64,000 nt of DNA from Eledone cirrhosa (taxonomy: Eukaryota). The stretch's first letter is position 1; each line of letters starts with the position of its first letter. The DNA lies in NCBI GenBank assembly GCA_964016885.1, contig OZ024763.1, forward strand, positions 2,976,001 through 3,040,000. The letters are read 5' to 3'. The notes beneath the pieces are model-generated. The model was not told the origin of the DNA. It did no database searches and saw only the letters and a program-made list of their open reading frames with translations. This document shows, piece by piece, positions 62,201-64,000 of this stretch. A program made the translations under genes and the position numbers.

Positions 62201-64000
62201 TTTTCCTGCCCTTTTTCCTCCCCCTTTTCCTCCCCCTTTTCCTCCCCCTTTTCCTGCCCTTTTTCCTCCCCCTTTTCCTGCCCTTTTTTCCTCCCCCTTT
62301 TCCTGCCCTTTTCCCTTCACCTTCTTCCCTCCTTCTTTTCCTGCCCTTTTCCCTTCACCTTCTTCCCTCCCCCTTTTCCCTTCACCTTCTTCCCTCCCCC
62401 TTTTCCCTTCACCTTCTTCCCTCCCCCTTTTCCTGCCCTTTTCCCTTCACCTTTTCTTGCCCCCTTTTCCTTCCCTTTTTCTTGCCCCCTTTTCCTTCCC
62501 TTTTTCTTGCCCCCTTTTCCTTCCCCCCTTTTCTTGCCCCCTTTTCCTTCCCCCCTTTTCTTCCCCCTTTCCCTTCCCCCCTTTTCTTCACCCTTTTCTT
62601 CCCCCCTTTTCTTCACCCTTTTCTTCCCCCTTTCCCTTCCCCCTTTTCTTCCCCCTTTCCCTTCCCCCCTTTTCTTCCCCCCTTTTCTTCCCCCCTTTTC
62701 TTCCCCCCTTTTCTTCCCCCCTTTTCTTCCCCCCTTTTCTTCCCCCCTTTTCTTCCCCCTTTCCCTTCCCCCCTTTTCTTCCCTCTTTCCCTTCCCCCCT
62801 TTCCTCCCCCCTTTTCTTCCCCCCCTTTTCTTCCCCCCCTTTTCCTGCCCCTTTTCTTTCCCCTTTTCTTTCCCCTTTTCTTCGCCCTTTCCCTCCCCGC
62901 TTTACCTTCCCCCTCCCCCTTTCCCTTTTCTTCCCCTTTCCCTTTTCTTCCCCTTTCCCTTTTCTTCCCCTTTCCCTTTTCTTTCCCTCACCCTTTACTC
63001 CCTTTCACTCCCCCTTTTCTTCCCCCTTTACCCTGCTCCCTTTTCCTGCCCCTTTCCCTCCCCTTCCCCTTTCCCTTCCCCATTTCCCTCCTCCTACCTT
63101 TCCCCCTCCCCCCCTTTTCCCTCCTCTCCCTCTTCACCCCTTTCCCTCTTCTCCCCTTTCCCTCCTCTCCCTCTTCTCCCCTTTCCCTCCTCTCCCTTTT
63201 ACTCCCCCTTTCCCTTTTACTCCCTCCTCTCCCTTTTACTCCTCTCTCCCTTTCCCCCTCCCTTCCTTTTCCTTTTCCCTCCTTCCTTTTTCCTGCCCCT
63301 TTCCCCCTCCCCCTGTCTTCCCCCTCCCCCTTTCTTCCCCCATCCCCCTTTCTTCCCCCATCCCCCCTTTCCTTCCCCCCCTTTCCCTCCCCATATCTTC
63401 CCCCTTTTCCTGCCCCTTTTCTTCCCCCGTTTCGTGCCCCCTTTTCTCCCCCCGCTTCCTGCCCCCTTTTCTCCCCCCGCTTTCTCCCCCGCTTCCTGCC
63501 CCCTTTTCTCCCCCCCGCTTCCTGCCCCCTTTTCTCCCCCCGCTTCCTGCCCCTTTCCCCTTTTTCTTGCCCCTTGCCCCTTTTTCTTGCCCCTTTTTCT
63601 TGCCCCTTGCCCCCTTTTCCTTTTCCCTCCCCCTTTTCCCTGCCCCTTTTTTCCACCCTTTTCGCTGCACCTTTTTTCCACCCTTTTCCCTGCCCCCTTT
63701 CTTCCCCCTTTTCCTGCCCCCTTTCTTCCCCCTTTTCCTGCCCCCTTTCTTCCCCCTTTTCCTGCCCCCTTTCTTCCCCCTTTTACTGTCCCTTTTCCTG
63801 CCCCCTTTTCTTCCCCCTTTTCCTGCCCCCTTTTCTTCCCCCTTTTCCTGCCCCCTTTTCTTCCCCCTTTTCCTGCCCCCTTTTCTTCCCCCTTTTCTTC
63901 CCCCTTTTTCTGCCCCCTTTTCTTCCCCCTTTTTCTGCCCCCTTTTCTTCCCCCTTTTCCCTTCCCCCTTTTTCTTCCCCCTTTTTCTTCCCCCTTTTTC
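56245..64000. repeat. Polypyrimidine (C/T) low-complexity tract over 7.7 kb with four recurring islands of about 115 bp
   Basis: The + strand is almost purely C/T; island tatctttttgttgtctattg.ggtattttatgaacttt...tacaaatggtgttcaatgcg at about 56375, 57535, 60195 and 60600. Confidence 0.95.

Noticed and set aside
56187-63681. Long P/F/L/S-rich and G/K/R/E-rich ORFs (up to 1399 aa)
   Set aside because: C/T-only sequence cannot form stop codons; lies inside the GLCE intron after the 56232 donor.

Overview
Repeat-dominated animal genomic DNA with (TA)n/(CA)n microsatellites, tRNA-headed SINEs, RTE-type LINE remnants and minisatellites. The repeat landscape resembles an octopus or other coleoid genome (inference from SINE/RTE style, not verified). 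One real gene is recognisable: the 5' part of a + strand D-glucuronyl C5-epimerase (GLCE, heparan sulfate epimerase). Its four phase-compatible coding exons are 40246-40352, 52063-52258, 52818-52992 and 55998-56231, and the gene runs off the window through a >7.7 kb polypyrimidine intron. Almost all long ORFs in the track are artefacts of simple repeats. The most interesting non-genic signal is a set of hammerhead-ribozyme motifs from about five different sequence families, of the type carried by Penelope-like elements. Several sit in fold-back palindromes, and two with intact catalytic cores lie on the sense strand of GLCE introns. Other notable structures are a 1.46 kb palindrome with a telomere-like core and an inverted-triplication signature, and several satellites visibly born from SINE, LINE or MITE pieces. 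No novel protein-coding system was found. All folds and alignments were done by eye and need computational confirmation.
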